From NCBI GenBank assembly GCA_963769425.1, contig CAVYLP010000006.1:640001-704000 (forward strand): 64,000 nt of DNA, given 5' to 3'. A program made the position numbers and the translations under genes. Shown here one piece after another: positions 10,060-19,420 of the stretch; the first letter of the stretch is position 1, and every line of letters begins with the position of its first letter. The notes under the pieces were generated by a model. It searched no databases. It worked only from the letters and a program-made list of their open reading frames with translations, and was not told where the DNA came from. The DNA is from Candidatus Bathyarchaeota archaeon (lineage in GTDB: Archaea > Thermoproteota > Bathyarchaeia > TCS64).

Positions 10060-10450
10060 TCATTTTCCCTCAGTGATTCGTTACCACCTTAACTCTTGAC
10101 TGTTAAAAGAGTAACGATTCCGTAATGAGTCCACAAAGAAGGATTTAAAGCTTGACTACAAAATCTCCATTTGATGAAAAAAATAGTCACTGAACATCAA
10201 AATGTCAAATATGAGTAATAAATTCGGATAAAAAGGTGAAAATGTTCAGAAAAGGGAAGGATATTCAATCAATCAGCTCAAAAGGAGCGGTTAGTATTTA
10301 TTTGAATTTCTTAGAAAATATGATACTTATCACCAATCTATAGATATTGTCTATTTACGATCACAATTTTGCCACAGGAATCAGAGTATGCCTAGGCGTC
10401 TTGCCTTGGTTGAAGATTTAAATTAGGGTTTGTTAATGGTTTGTGGACTA
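10060..10450. promoter_or_regulatory. AT-rich divergent promoter region (oxidoreductase operon / MoxR operon)
   Basis: About 390 bp strongly AT-rich, with TATA-like elements near 10103-10108 (minus) and TTTAAA near 10417 (plus). Confidence 0.6.
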
Positions 10451-10454
10451 AGCT

Positions 10455-11354
10455 ATGGCGGAGAAGGAGCAGGGCTTCCGCAAGATGCTTGAGAAGAGCA
10501 TCGTAGAGAACATACGTATCGAACACCCCGTGGTGCTGAAGGGTCAGTACGAGACAGCTTACAGCCTACTGAAGGATGCCCTCGACACCGGGATAACCCC
10601 ATGCCTCGTCGGACCCCCCGGAGTAGGGAAGAGTCTCCTCGCCCGTAAAGTCGCCGAGGACACCGCCCGTAGCTTCCATGAGGTATTCTTCGACGAGAAC
10701 GTCACACCGAGCCGCCTCATAGGCAGCTTCGACCCCGCACTGGTCGTCCGCAGCGGGAGAAACATAAGCAGCTTCGAGCCAGGCCCACTCATCCGCGCCA
10801 TGGTCGAGGGCGGCCTCTTCGTCGCCCACGAGCTCAACCGCGCGACCGAGTTCTGCCAGAACAGCCTCATCGCCCCTCTCGAGGAGAGGCACTACCACCT
10901 CTTCCCTCTCGGGATGGTGAAGGCCCAGGAGAGCTTCGCCTTCGTTGCCACCCAGAACCCCATCGAGACCTCCGGAACCTACAGGCTCAGCAGGGTCCTC
11001 GTAGACCGCATCGGCTGCTGGATCAGGCTCACCTACCCGACGAAGGAGACGGAGCTAGAGATTCTCAAGGAGAACACGCCAGCCTTCAGCCTACCTGTGA
11101 GCGCCCTCGACAAGATATACGAGATCGTCAAGGCCACGAGAGAGAACCCGGTTCTGGAGATCCCGGCGTCACCCCGCAGCGGCATCTACCTCACCCGGCT
11201 CGTCAACAAGTACCTCGACCGCTTCGAAACTGAGGATGCCGCCATCAGGTTCTTCGCCCCCGCTGTCCTCGCCAAGGAGATGAAGGTCCGCGGGGAGGAG
11301 GGCAAGACGGTGTCGAAGGTCGTCGACGAGATAATAAAGAAGGTTCTGGGCTGA
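10455..11354 (+). CDS. MoxR-family AAA+ ATPase
   Basis: Walker A GPPGVGKS, FEPGPL, variant Walker B VAHELNRA, ATQNPIE, SPR. Confidence 0.9.
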   Translation: MAEKEQGFRKMLEKSIVENIRIEHPVVLKGQYETAYSLLKDALDTGITPCLVGPPGVGKSLLARKVAEDTARSFHEVFFDENVTPSRLIGSFDPALVVRSGRNISSFEPGPLIRAMVEGGLFVAHELNRATEFCQNSLIAPLEERHYHLFPLGMVKAQESFAFVATQNPIETSGTYRLSRVLVDRIGCWIRLTYPTKETELEILKENTPAFSLPVSALDKIYEIVKATRENPVLEIPASPRSGIYLTRLVNKYLDRFETEDAAIRFFAPAVLAKEMKVRGEEGKTVSKVVDEIIKKVLG

Positions 11355-11355
11355 G

Positions 11356-12732
11356 ATGTCCGCCTCCTCTCTGGAGTACCCCTTCCACTACGCGAACTAC
11401 TTCATACCAGAGTTCATAGAGAGGATGCGGAAGAGCAGAGAGGTAATCGAGAAGCCGAGCCCCCGGCAGAGCATAAACATGGGGAAGATCCTTCTCCCCG
11501 GCTTCATGAGGAACGGCTGCCTTACGTTCAGCGACCTGCTCCGGGCCGCCGTCATCACTAGCCAGGTGGATAACCAGAAGATGGCGGAGAAGATCGCCCT
11601 CGACATACTCACGAACATCAACGAGTTCGAGGAGGAACCCGAGGACGACATGGACGCTGACCAACTCCTCAGCCTCCTCAGCAAGAAGAGCCAGGAAGTC
11701 TACGTCACGCCCCACGCCAAGGGGCTGGAGCAGAACATAGTCAACGACAACCCGAGCATAACCGGTCCCGACCAGTTCACCAAGTTCAAGAACAAGCCCG
11801 ACATCGGGGTGGGCCCCGGCGAGGACAGGATAATCAAGTTCGGCGCCAAGACCTTCAAGGAGGAACGTGACGAGAAGATGAGGAAGCTCCTCGCCTACCT
11901 CCTAAAGGAGAAGCTCCTGAAGCTCGGCCGCGAGCTCGAGAGGAAGGACGACTGGAGCAGGATAGCCTCCGTCCGCCCCTTCCAGCCAGGCGAGGACACT
12001 GACTCCATCGACGAGGACCGGAGCCTCGAGAACATCATCGACCTCGGCAGGAAGATCGACGAGGTCAGGCCCGATGACTTCATGATGCTCAAGAGGAAGA
12101 AGAAGAACAGGAGCATCGTATACATCCAAGACATCAGCAACACGATGTTCTACGACTTCGAGGGCATAAACTCGGTCAACTACAGCATACTGAGCCTCAT
12201 CCCTCTCATGTGGGGGTTGCGCAACGACAAGTGGAGCCTCATACTCTACGAAAGTAACAGCCATATAATCAAGGAATTGAGCGACGAGATGGACCTCGAG
12301 CCCATTCTAGAGCAGTTGCTCGACATGATCACGATGACGACGACCCAGATGGAGTTCAGGTTCAGGGGCACTGTCGACGGCTCAACCTGGGGCGGCACAG
12401 TCCCGAACAAGAGCATACAGTGGGCCTACGACCAACTGACTGAAGCCTCTGAGCGAAGCGACCGGATCTGCTTCTACTTCAGCGACTTCGTCCTCACCGA
12501 TCCCACTAAGGACGATGAGGAGAACAGGAAGAATTATGAAGTGATCCGCAACATGCTCAACGACGGTATCAGGGTCTTCGCTGGGATAAGCCCCCTCGCC
12601 CACAAGGAAATATTCAGACCATACACGGCAACGGCTATCGACAAGCTGAGGAAGATGGGAGTACCAATGGCTGACACTTACGTCCCTAGCGAATTTTTAG
12701 AAAAGGCACATGCCTTCCTTGACGAGGTTTAG
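11356..12732 (+). CDS. VWA-domain protein, partner of the MoxR ATPase
   Basis: RPFQPGED...IDEDRSLE pre-VWA motif, MIDAS-like YIQDISNTM, WGGT, YFSDF. Starts 1 bp after the ATPase stop. Confidence 0.8.
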   Translation: MSASSLEYPFHYANYFIPEFIERMRKSREVIEKPSPRQSINMGKILLPGFMRNGCLTFSDLLRAAVITSQVDNQKMAEKIALDILTNINEFEEEPEDDMDADQLLSLLSKKSQEVYVTPHAKGLEQNIVNDNPSITGPDQFTKFKNKPDIGVGPGEDRIIKFGAKTFKEERDEKMRKLLAYLLKEKLLKLGRELERKDDWSRIASVRPFQPGEDTDSIDEDRSLENIIDLGRKIDEVRPDDFMMLKRKKKNRSIVYIQDISNTMFYDFEGINSVNYSILSLIPLMWGLRNDKWSLILYESNSHIIKELSDEMDLEPILEQLLDMITMTTTQMEFRFRGTVDGSTWGGTVPNKSIQWAYDQLTEASERSDRICFYFSDFVLTDPTKDDEENRKNYEVIRNMLNDGIRVFAGISPLAHKEIFRPYTATAIDKLRKMGVPMADTYVPSEFLEKAHAFLDEV

Positions 12733-12882
12733 TATCTAATCCTCGCTTAATCTGAGAACAATTATTTTCATTCGCCGCCCTGTCACCGGCAATGTTGCTC
12801 TCTGTTGATGTAAATAACTATTTCTTTGTTTTTAGTTGTTAGAGGGTTACCCTCGGATTGCAGCGAAATGACATTCTATTTG

Positions 12883-13569
12883 CTAGGGCTTCGAGGATAT
12901 TACGCAGGCGAATCCACCGAGTTGGCTCAGTCTAGGCGACGCAGCGTTAGTTGGTTTCAGAATGGTGACGGAGGCGCCTAGGTTTCTTGAGATCTGCATT
13001 AGGCTCTGGAATCGCCGGTTTCTCCTGTTTCTGAGGTCAAACTCCTCGGTTAAAATAATCGCGATGGGCTTCCTCTCGGCATTTAGAGCGGTGGAGAGTT
13101 CCTCTACGGTGTAGAGCACGTTGTTCTCTTTTAGTGCCCTTTCAAGGAGGTTGAGTAGTTTTTCGCCAGCCTCTTCCGAGGCTTCTTGCACTGTTTCTTG
13201 GATTTTGTTTGTCCTGATGAGTTGTGTCACTTCGCTTGCTGTCCCGGCTTTTCCGGCTAACTGCCTGATCGTGGTTCTATCCTTTAGCCACCTGTGGCGT
13301 TTTGTGATGTGCTCCATGAGCCTGGGGGTGTTCTGGGTTCTATCCTCAGATGCAATGATTACCCCTGTGAATCCCTCGGGTAGCAGGCTCCTGATGGCCT
13401 CTATTATGTTCTCGTGGAACTTGTAGGTGGATTTTTCGTCAACCCCACTTCTCTGGATGACTTTCGAAGACTTCACCGACTCGCTGTAGATGGTCCAGAA
13501 GTGCGCCGCTTCATTATCGAGACCGATGAGTATCGCGGTCGGATATCCGCGTCGGCCTCGCTTCGACAT
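12883..13569 (-). CDS. eRF1/pelota domain 2-3-like protein lacking the N-domain
   Basis: AILIGLD..A.FW.I start, FHENIIEAIR...VIIAS, and C-terminal GASVTIL...RLSQLGGFAC resembling the eRF1_3 end motif. Confidence 0.65.
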   Translation of the reverse strand: MSKRGRRGYPTAILIGLDNEAAHFWTIYSESVKSSKVIQRSGVDEKSTYKFHENIIEAIRSLLPEGFTGVIIASEDRTQNTPRLMEHITKRHRWLKDRTTIRQLAGKAGTASEVTQLIRTNKIQETVQEASEEAGEKLLNLLERALKENNVLYTVEELSTALNAERKPIAIILTEEFDLRNRRNRRFQSLMQISRNLGASVTILKPTNAASPRLSQLGGFACVISSKP

Positions 13570-13571
13570 CT

Positions 13572-14489
13572 CTATTCCCTCGGTTTGTATCCGGTGAGGC
13601 GTTTGTGGTTGCCGCAGAATATCTTCTCAATTCCCTCGTCGTTGACGAGGCCGTCCTTCTTGAGGCTCTTGAGGGCGTTGAACTGCTCCTCGAGGATGTT
13701 ATAGCGGAAGCCTCGAGGGAAGAAAGTGGAGTCGGTGCCGAAGAGTATCTTGTCTGGGCCGCCGGCGCGTAAGGCGTGGCGAAAGACGTCCTTGACGCTG
13801 AGGTCCTCGGGGAGGTACTTGTACCAGATGTTGCTGCCGCTGCTGTCCATGTAGACGTTGTCGGCCTGGTACTGCATGAGGAGGACCTCGCGGAAGAAGC
13901 CGGCACCGAAGTGGGCGATGATGAAGCTCGTATCTGGGAAATCGCGGGCGGGTATCTGTATGTCTATGGGATTGCCACTGCGGAGGTCCGCGTCTCCACC
14001 TATGCTGACGCCGAAGTGGCAGAAGACGACCATTTTCTGTTTCTGCACCTCCTCGTATATTGGGTATAGCTGCTCGCTATAGACGTGGATGTCCCTCCAG
14101 GTTGATGGGTAGAGCTTGATCCCGTAGAAACCGTCCTTAGCCGCTTGCCTTATCTTCTTTGGCGCCTCTGGGTCGTTGGGCTGGACATTGAGGTAGCCTA
14201 GAAAGTAACCCGGGTACCTCTTCCGTGTCTCGAGGAACTCGTCGTACGTCTCGGGGCCGATCATGAAGCCCACGCTGCTGACGCCGTATCGGTCGAGCTC
14301 GTCGTGCCACTTCTGGGCCGCGTCGAAGTTCTCGTCTGGTACCTCGATCGTCTTCATGTCTGTCCGTGTCTGCGTCCTTTTCGTGAAGCTGGCCATGCTG
14401 CGTCCACGCTGGCTCCATGCCTTGACGGATCCCGCCGTCATGAAGTGCGCGTGCGCGTCGATGACCTCTATGCCAAGCCTTGACTTCAA
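13572..14489 (-). CDS. Amidohydrolase-2 family metal-dependent hydrolase
   Basis: IDAHAH, GIKLYP, FIIAHFG, KILFGTDS. Confidence 0.9.
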   Translation of the reverse strand: MKSRLGIEVIDAHAHFMTAGSVKAWSQRGRSMASFTKRTQTRTDMKTIEVPDENFDAAQKWHDELDRYGVSSVGFMIGPETYDEFLETRKRYPGYFLGYLNVQPNDPEAPKKIRQAAKDGFYGIKLYPSTWRDIHVYSEQLYPIYEEVQKQKMVVFCHFGVSIGGDADLRSGNPIDIQIPARDFPDTSFIIAHFGAGFFREVLLMQYQADNVYMDSSGSNIWYKYLPEDLSVKDVFRHALRAGGPDKILFGTDSTFFPRGFRYNILEEQFNALKSLKKDGLVNDEGIEKIFCGNHKRLTGYKPRE

Positions 14490-14595
14490 GCCATCATGCT
14501 CCGATTAGGATGCTTAGTTCTGGTGCGTGGATATCAAGCTTCTCGAATTTCGGGGCGCGGTAAGGTTGAAGAGTCTCTTAGTCGTGGATACCTTC

Positions 14596-15756
14596 ATGGT
14601 CTCCCTAAGTCCAAAGAAGGCGAGTAGGGCCCCGGCGTCGACGATCTACGCGGTCGAGGGCGCCAAGGGGAACGACGGGTCACTAAGCACGTTGCTTGAA
14701 CTGATGGGCAGCGACGGTCTCAAGTTCTACATGTCTAAATCGAAGGGTTTACTGAAGGGCCCATCCGGCCTGATCGCCTCCGACGACATCGTCATCTTGA
14801 AGGTGAATAGTCAGTGGGACGAGTGTGGGATGACGAACACCGACCTCATCAAGGCCCTCGCCGCAGCTGTGCTCGCCCACCCGGACGGGTTCGGGGGCGA
14901 AGTCATCATCGCGGACAACGGGCAGGGGCAGTATGGTAGCTCCGGTTGCGGTGGAAACCTCGACTACGCCGTCAACAACGCCGAGGACAGGGGGCAGTCG
15001 GTGAAGCACGTCGCCGACACTTTCAGGAGCGCGGGGCGGGTCTCGACCTACCTCTGGGACATGATCACCGAGAACGAGGTGGGTGAGTACTCTGAAGGGG
15101 ATGACGATGATGGTTATATTATCACCAAGACCGCGGACCCCCTCACCGGCGTGCTGCCCAGTTACCCAAAATTCAAGACTGCCCATGGCACACGCATTAG
15201 CTTCAAGAAGGGTGTCTGGGACGGGGCGAAGAAAGCCTACGACGAGGCTCGCCTAAAGATCTTGAACACGCCTGTGCTCAAGTCCCACTTCATCTTCGGG
15301 GTCACCGGCGCCGTCAAGCACTACATGGGTGTGCCGAGTGACAAACTGACATCTGCCAAGGGATACAGGACACACCCGACCGTCGGGAAGGGGGGGATGG
15401 GCACGCTTATGGCTGAGACGCGTGTTCCGACACTCAACGTAATCGACGCAATTCATGTGAACTGCAAACCCGGTACAGGTCCTATGACGCCGTTCAAGGG
15501 TGCAACCTACGCTGGTGTAATCGCCGCGAGTACGGACCCAGTCGCTATCGATTACTGGGCCTCGAAGAACATCCTCTGCAAACTGGGTAAAGAGGTCTAT
15601 AAAACGGATGTCTCTTTTTTCGACCCGGACAACAAAACGGCGGGCTGCTTCGGTGACTGGCTAAGGCTCGCTGCGGCGGAGTTGAACGACTCCGGGCACC
15701 CATTCACGTACGACGAGAAGCGGATAGCCGTGAATGTGGCGGGGAAGGCCTTCTAG
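14596..15756 (+). CDS. DUF362 domain protein
   Basis: VILKVN, TNTDLIKAL, PVLKSH..GVTGAVKHYMG, ASTDPVAID. Start set at the first ATG. Confidence 0.85.
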   Translation: MVSLSPKKASRAPASTIYAVEGAKGNDGSLSTLLELMGSDGLKFYMSKSKGLLKGPSGLIASDDIVILKVNSQWDECGMTNTDLIKALAAAVLAHPDGFGGEVIIADNGQGQYGSSGCGGNLDYAVNNAEDRGQSVKHVADTFRSAGRVSTYLWDMITENEVGEYSEGDDDDGYIITKTADPLTGVLPSYPKFKTAHGTRISFKKGVWDGAKKAYDEARLKILNTPVLKSHFIFGVTGAVKHYMGVPSDKLTSAKGYRTHPTVGKGGMGTLMAETRVPTLNVIDAIHVNCKPGTGPMTPFKGATYAGVIAASTDPVAIDYWASKNILCKLGKEVYKTDVSFFDPDNKTAGCFGDWLRLAAAELNDSGHPFTYDEKRIAVNVAGKAF

Positions 15757-16472
15757 AGCCTTTCCGCTATCTCAGGGATCGTCAGTACTTCGCTGAGCCT
15801 CTTTATCGTGTAGTCGGGGGTTACTCCCTCTGCATCGGGCTCCCTGACCCTTACCCACACCGCCTTCATCCCAGCGGCCTTAGCCCCGGCGATGTCCGTC
15901 CTAAGCAGGTCACCGATGTGCATGGCTTCGCCCGCATTGACGCCGAGCCCTTTCAACGCCGAGTCGAATGCCTCTCTCCGCGGTTTGCATATCCCAGTCT
16001 CGTCAGAGAAGATCGTGGTCGTGAAGTACCTCAGAATGCCGTCCTCGTCGAGGAGCTTCTTGATCTTTTCCCCCGAGGTGACTCCAAGTGTCGCTTATTA
16101 TACCCCGCTTGAAGCGTGTAGATAACCTGGCAACAGTTTCCGCTGCGCTGTCTGTGAGGGGTGGCGTCTCATCGAGAATTATATCACCAAACTTTTCCAT
16201 GACAGCCTTCTTGAGGGCCGGGCTCAATGTTGCCCTGACATCCCTTAGGATGCCGTCTATGCGCTCGGTGAGCGGGTAGTGGCAGTACTCTTTGGACCAG
16301 AGCTGGTCGTGTTTCCTCTGGGCGGAGGTATATGCCCTCTCCAAAGTCCTCCTCGTAGACCTGCTGCCCCTCGATGCCGAGTGCCTCGGTGAGGATTGTT
16401 AGCCTTGCCTTGGTGAAGCTCTTCTCGACGAGGAGGGTGTTCCAGAGGTCGAAGGGTTATTGCCCTGATCAT
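15753..16472 (-). pseudogene. HAD-superfamily hydrolase broken by about three frameshifts
   Basis: Pieces join to MIRAIT-FDLWNTLL...GIISDT-GVTSG...FSDETGICKPR...HIGDLLRTDIAGAKAAGM. Confidence 0.8.
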
Positions 16473-16817
16473 TTCGCCCTAGGTGATGCGGGTCTGCCTG
16501 CTAGATAAGCGGATTCCTCAATAGCCGTGTGGGCAGGGTAGGACCTCGTCGTATCCCTGTGGGTAGTTCTTGACAGCGCTGTGGACGGGGCATCTAGAGC
16601 GGTAGTAGGGTAGCTCCCCCCTCCAACCAGGCTGATGAGGAAGCCGAGGAACTCGGCGTCGCTGCGCCTGTGCTTGAGTATCTCGGGGATAGATGGTTAC
16701 TGGAGTATCTCCTTGATGGGTTCTTTCTCCTCGACCCTGCTCAAGATACCACTTATTCGTAATAGTGGTTGAAGGTAAACGGTATTAACGGTGTTTGTCG
16801 CGACTTGGTACAGTTTT

Positions 16818-16892
16818 TGGTGCGACCGCCGGGATTTGAACCCGGGTTACTGGCTTGGAAGGCCAGAATCCTAACCACTAGACTACAGTCGC
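16818..16892 (-). tRNA. tRNA-Gly (anticodon TCC), CCA encoded
   Basis: GCGACTG...CTGGC-CTTCCAA-GCCAG...GGTTCAAATCC...CGGTCGCACCA. Full cloverleaf, with TTTTAA about 25 nt upstream. Confidence 0.97.
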
Positions 16893-16925
16893 CCGGGAAT
16901 TGTGTTATGTGGGTCGTTAAAATGC

Positions 16926-17405
16926 TTAGCCCTCGACGGGGATGAGTATCTCGGTTGTCCAGACTTCCTGGGCGTCCTCGTCGATGAAGCTGCCTTCGCT
17001 GAGACCGAAGGTGTCGGGTTGGTAGACTGCCTCCATGTGGCAGAAGTGGTGTGTAGCGGGCTTTAGGCCGCGCTGCTGCAGGTGTTTCTGGAGTTCCTCG
17101 TAGTAGTACTCGAATGGGTGGTTAGCGCCACTGTAGACTATGAAGCCGGCCCTGAGTTCGGGTAGTTTCTTGGTCTTGAGGCCAGGGACGTCCTTGTCGA
17201 CGGGGACGAGTACATCCCTTCTGCAGCCCTGTTTGTCCTTTGGGTCGTAGTAGATGATCATGGTTGGGTCGCTGACCCTCGCACCCTTCTCGTGGGCCTC
17301 GGCGTTGAGTTTGGCGAAGGCCTCGGCCTCGTTTTCGCCGGGTTTGAGTTCGTGGTAGGCGACGAGCTGGTTGGTGAGGGTTTTGACGCCTATCTTTACT
17401 ATCAT
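16926..17405 (-). CDS. GyrI-like small-molecule-binding domain protein
   Basis: IIYYDP...VLVPV...YSG...YYEELQKHL...GLKP...EAVY...TEILIPV pattern. Confidence 0.7.
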   Translation of the reverse strand: MIVKIGVKTLTNQLVAYHELKPGENEAEAFAKLNAEAHEKGARVSDPTMIIYYDPKDKQGCRRDVLVPVDKDVPGLKTKKLPELRAGFIVYSGANHPFEYYYEELQKHLQQRGLKPATHHFCHMEAVYQPDTFGLSEGSFIDEDAQEVWTTEILIPVEG

Positions 17406-17439
17406 TGTGGGTGGCTACATCCGCGGCGGCTTAAAACCT

Positions 17440-18405
17440 TTAGGCGTAGAGGTTTATCGGCTTCTCCCGTCGGCTCAGGAGGACGATGTTGCTCTCGTAC
17501 TGCTCGTCTATGGCGGAGTAGCCGGTCTCCTCCGAGAGCTTGCCTGCGAATGCCTTGATCTGTTCGAAGTTTGCCATCTCATCGTAGGCGAAGCGTTGGC
17601 GGGCGAATCCGACGCTCATGGCGCCCTTGGGCTCGATGTAGGTTGGCTCGGCTCTGAGGGTGAGTTTGGCGTAGCCGCGTACGTTGTTCATGTTGAGCTT
17701 GGGGACGAGTGTCTGGCGGATGACGGTTGGGCAGCGGAAGCTGTGGAGGAGGTCGAGGGTCTCCATCACCTTTCCCCACGCGTCGGGGACCATGGGGCGA
17801 CACGTGGCAGCGTAGGTCTCCTCGTCGGGGGCGCAGAGGCTGACGTATAATTGGCTGGGCTCGGTGCCGAGGCTTCTTAATGCCTCGGGGTCGGTGCCGT
17901 TTGTGACTATGAAGACGGTGCGGAAGCCGTGATTCTTGAAGCTCTGAACGAGGTCACCGAGGCCATCGTATAGTGTGGGCTCCCCCTCAAGGCTTATGGC
18001 GGCGTGGACGGGGTCGAGCGCCTCCTTTAGGAATTTTTCGGAGACCTTGGGGTTTCCGCCCCAACCGTAGATGAGCTTACGGTGGGCCGCGATGGCTCCC
18101 TCGACGATTTCGTCGGGGTCATCTCCCCCCTTTATGGGCTGGGTCTGCTCCCATCCGACGCCGAGTGTCTCCGGTGTGGCGCGCCAACAGAAAACGCAGC
18201 TCTGCGTGCAGTGGCCGAGGCTCGGCGTCATCTGTAGGCATCGATGTGTGGGGACGCCGTAGAACCTCTGCTTGTAGCAGTGCTCCACCCCGCCTGTGCG
18301 GAGGGCCTTCCCAACCCAGGTGCAGGTCTTCACCGCGCTGTGGTCCCCCACGAGCCTGTAGCGCTGCCTCACGTACCGTGACCGAAGCTCCCCGGGAACG
18401 CTCAC
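17440..18405 (-). CDS. taw1: 4-demethylwyosine synthase (radical SAM)
   Basis: HSAVKTCTW, CYKQRFYG..HRCLQMTPS, CTQSCVFCWR, HAAISLEGEPTLY. Confidence 0.95.
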   Translation of the reverse strand: MSVPGELRSRYVRQRYRLVGDHSAVKTCTWVGKALRTGGVEHCYKQRFYGVPTHRCLQMTPSLGHCTQSCVFCWRATPETLGVGWEQTQPIKGGDDPDEIVEGAIAAHRKLIYGWGGNPKVSEKFLKEALDPVHAAISLEGEPTLYDGLGDLVQSFKNHGFRTVFIVTNGTDPEALRSLGTEPSQLYVSLCAPDEETYAATCRPMVPDAWGKVMETLDLLHSFRCPTVIRQTLVPKLNMNNVRGYAKLTLRAEPTYIEPKGAMSVGFARQRFAYDEMANFEQIKAFAGKLSEETGYSAIDEQYESNIVLLSRREKPINLYA

Positions 18406-18459
18406 AAGCCTAGACTCGGGTGAGGCTGCTTATATCCGAGTCGAAACAGGCTTGAAGCC

Positions 18460-19419
18460 ATGAAATCGAGAGCGAAAGCCTTCAGGAGGCTCCTCGAGGG
18501 GGAGAAACTGTTCATGAGGCCGTGCGCCTACGACGCTTTATCGGCGGTGCTCATAGAGCAGGTGGGCTTCGAGGTCATCGGCACGACGGGGTACGGGATC
18601 GCCGCGTCCCTCGTGGGGCAGCCGGACATCGGCCTAGTCGGCTACGCAGAGATGCTTGAGAGGAGCAGAACGATAGTAAACGCCGTAGGGTTGCCTGTTG
18701 ATGTCGACGTTGACACGGGCTACGGCAACGCGATGAACGTCTACTGGACTGTGCAAAACTTCTCACGGGTCGGCGCTGCCGGTGTGAGGGTCGAGGATCA
18801 GGAGTGGCCTAAGCGTTGCGGCCACATGGCTGGGAAGAGTATAGTCTCCGGCGACGAGATGCGGGGGAAGATCAGGGCAGCCGTGAAGGCGCGCGACGAG
18901 GAGGACTCGGACATGGTCATAGGGGCGAGGACTGACGCCCGATCCATCGCCAGCTTCGAGGAGACGGTGAAGCGGGCCGAGTCATACGCTGAGGCGGGGG
19001 CTGACTACGTCTACGTCGAGGCTCCGCAGAGCCTAGACGAGGTTGAAAAGCTGGTGAAGAGGATACCGGCGCCTCTCGCTTTCAACATCATCCCCGGTGG
19101 CAAAACGCCACCGTTCAAGATCGAGGAACTTGAGGCACGTGGAGTGAGGTACCTAAGTATACCCATGACCTGCCTCTACCCCGCTGCAAAGGCGATGCAG
19201 GCGGCCCTAAAGGAGCTGAGGACGACTCATGACCTCGAGAAGATCGCGTCCATGGGCGTTAGCTGGGCTGAGTTCAACGAGATAGTCGGCCACACGCGGT
19301 GGAGGAGGCTGGAGCTGGAGAACCTCAGCGAGGCGGAGCTTAAGATAAAGTACGGATCCTCAGACCTCGAAGAAATAACGCGGAAGGAGACCGAGGCCGC
19401 GAAGAAGTGGAAGAAGTAG
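18460..19419 (+). CDS. Isocitrate lyase/PEP mutase family enzyme (2-methylisocitrate lyase-like)
   Basis: YDALSA, DVDTGYGN, EDQEWPKRCGH, ARTDA. Confidence 0.9.
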   Translation: MKSRAKAFRRLLEGEKLFMRPCAYDALSAVLIEQVGFEVIGTTGYGIAASLVGQPDIGLVGYAEMLERSRTIVNAVGLPVDVDVDTGYGNAMNVYWTVQNFSRVGAAGVRVEDQEWPKRCGHMAGKSIVSGDEMRGKIRAAVKARDEEDSDMVIGARTDARSIASFEETVKRAESYAEAGADYVYVEAPQSLDEVEKLVKRIPAPLAFNIIPGGKTPPFKIEELEARGVRYLSIPMTCLYPAAKAMQAALKELRTTHDLEKIASMGVSWAEFNEIVGHTRWRRLELENLSEAELKIKYGSSDLEEITRKETEAAKKWKK

Positions 19420-19420
19420 A

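Noticed and set aside
2681-12767. Exact 16-bp match TCTGAGAACAATTATT at 2681 and 12752
   Set aside because: About one such match is expected by chance among all position pairs in 64 kb. One copy is coding, and no element lies between them.
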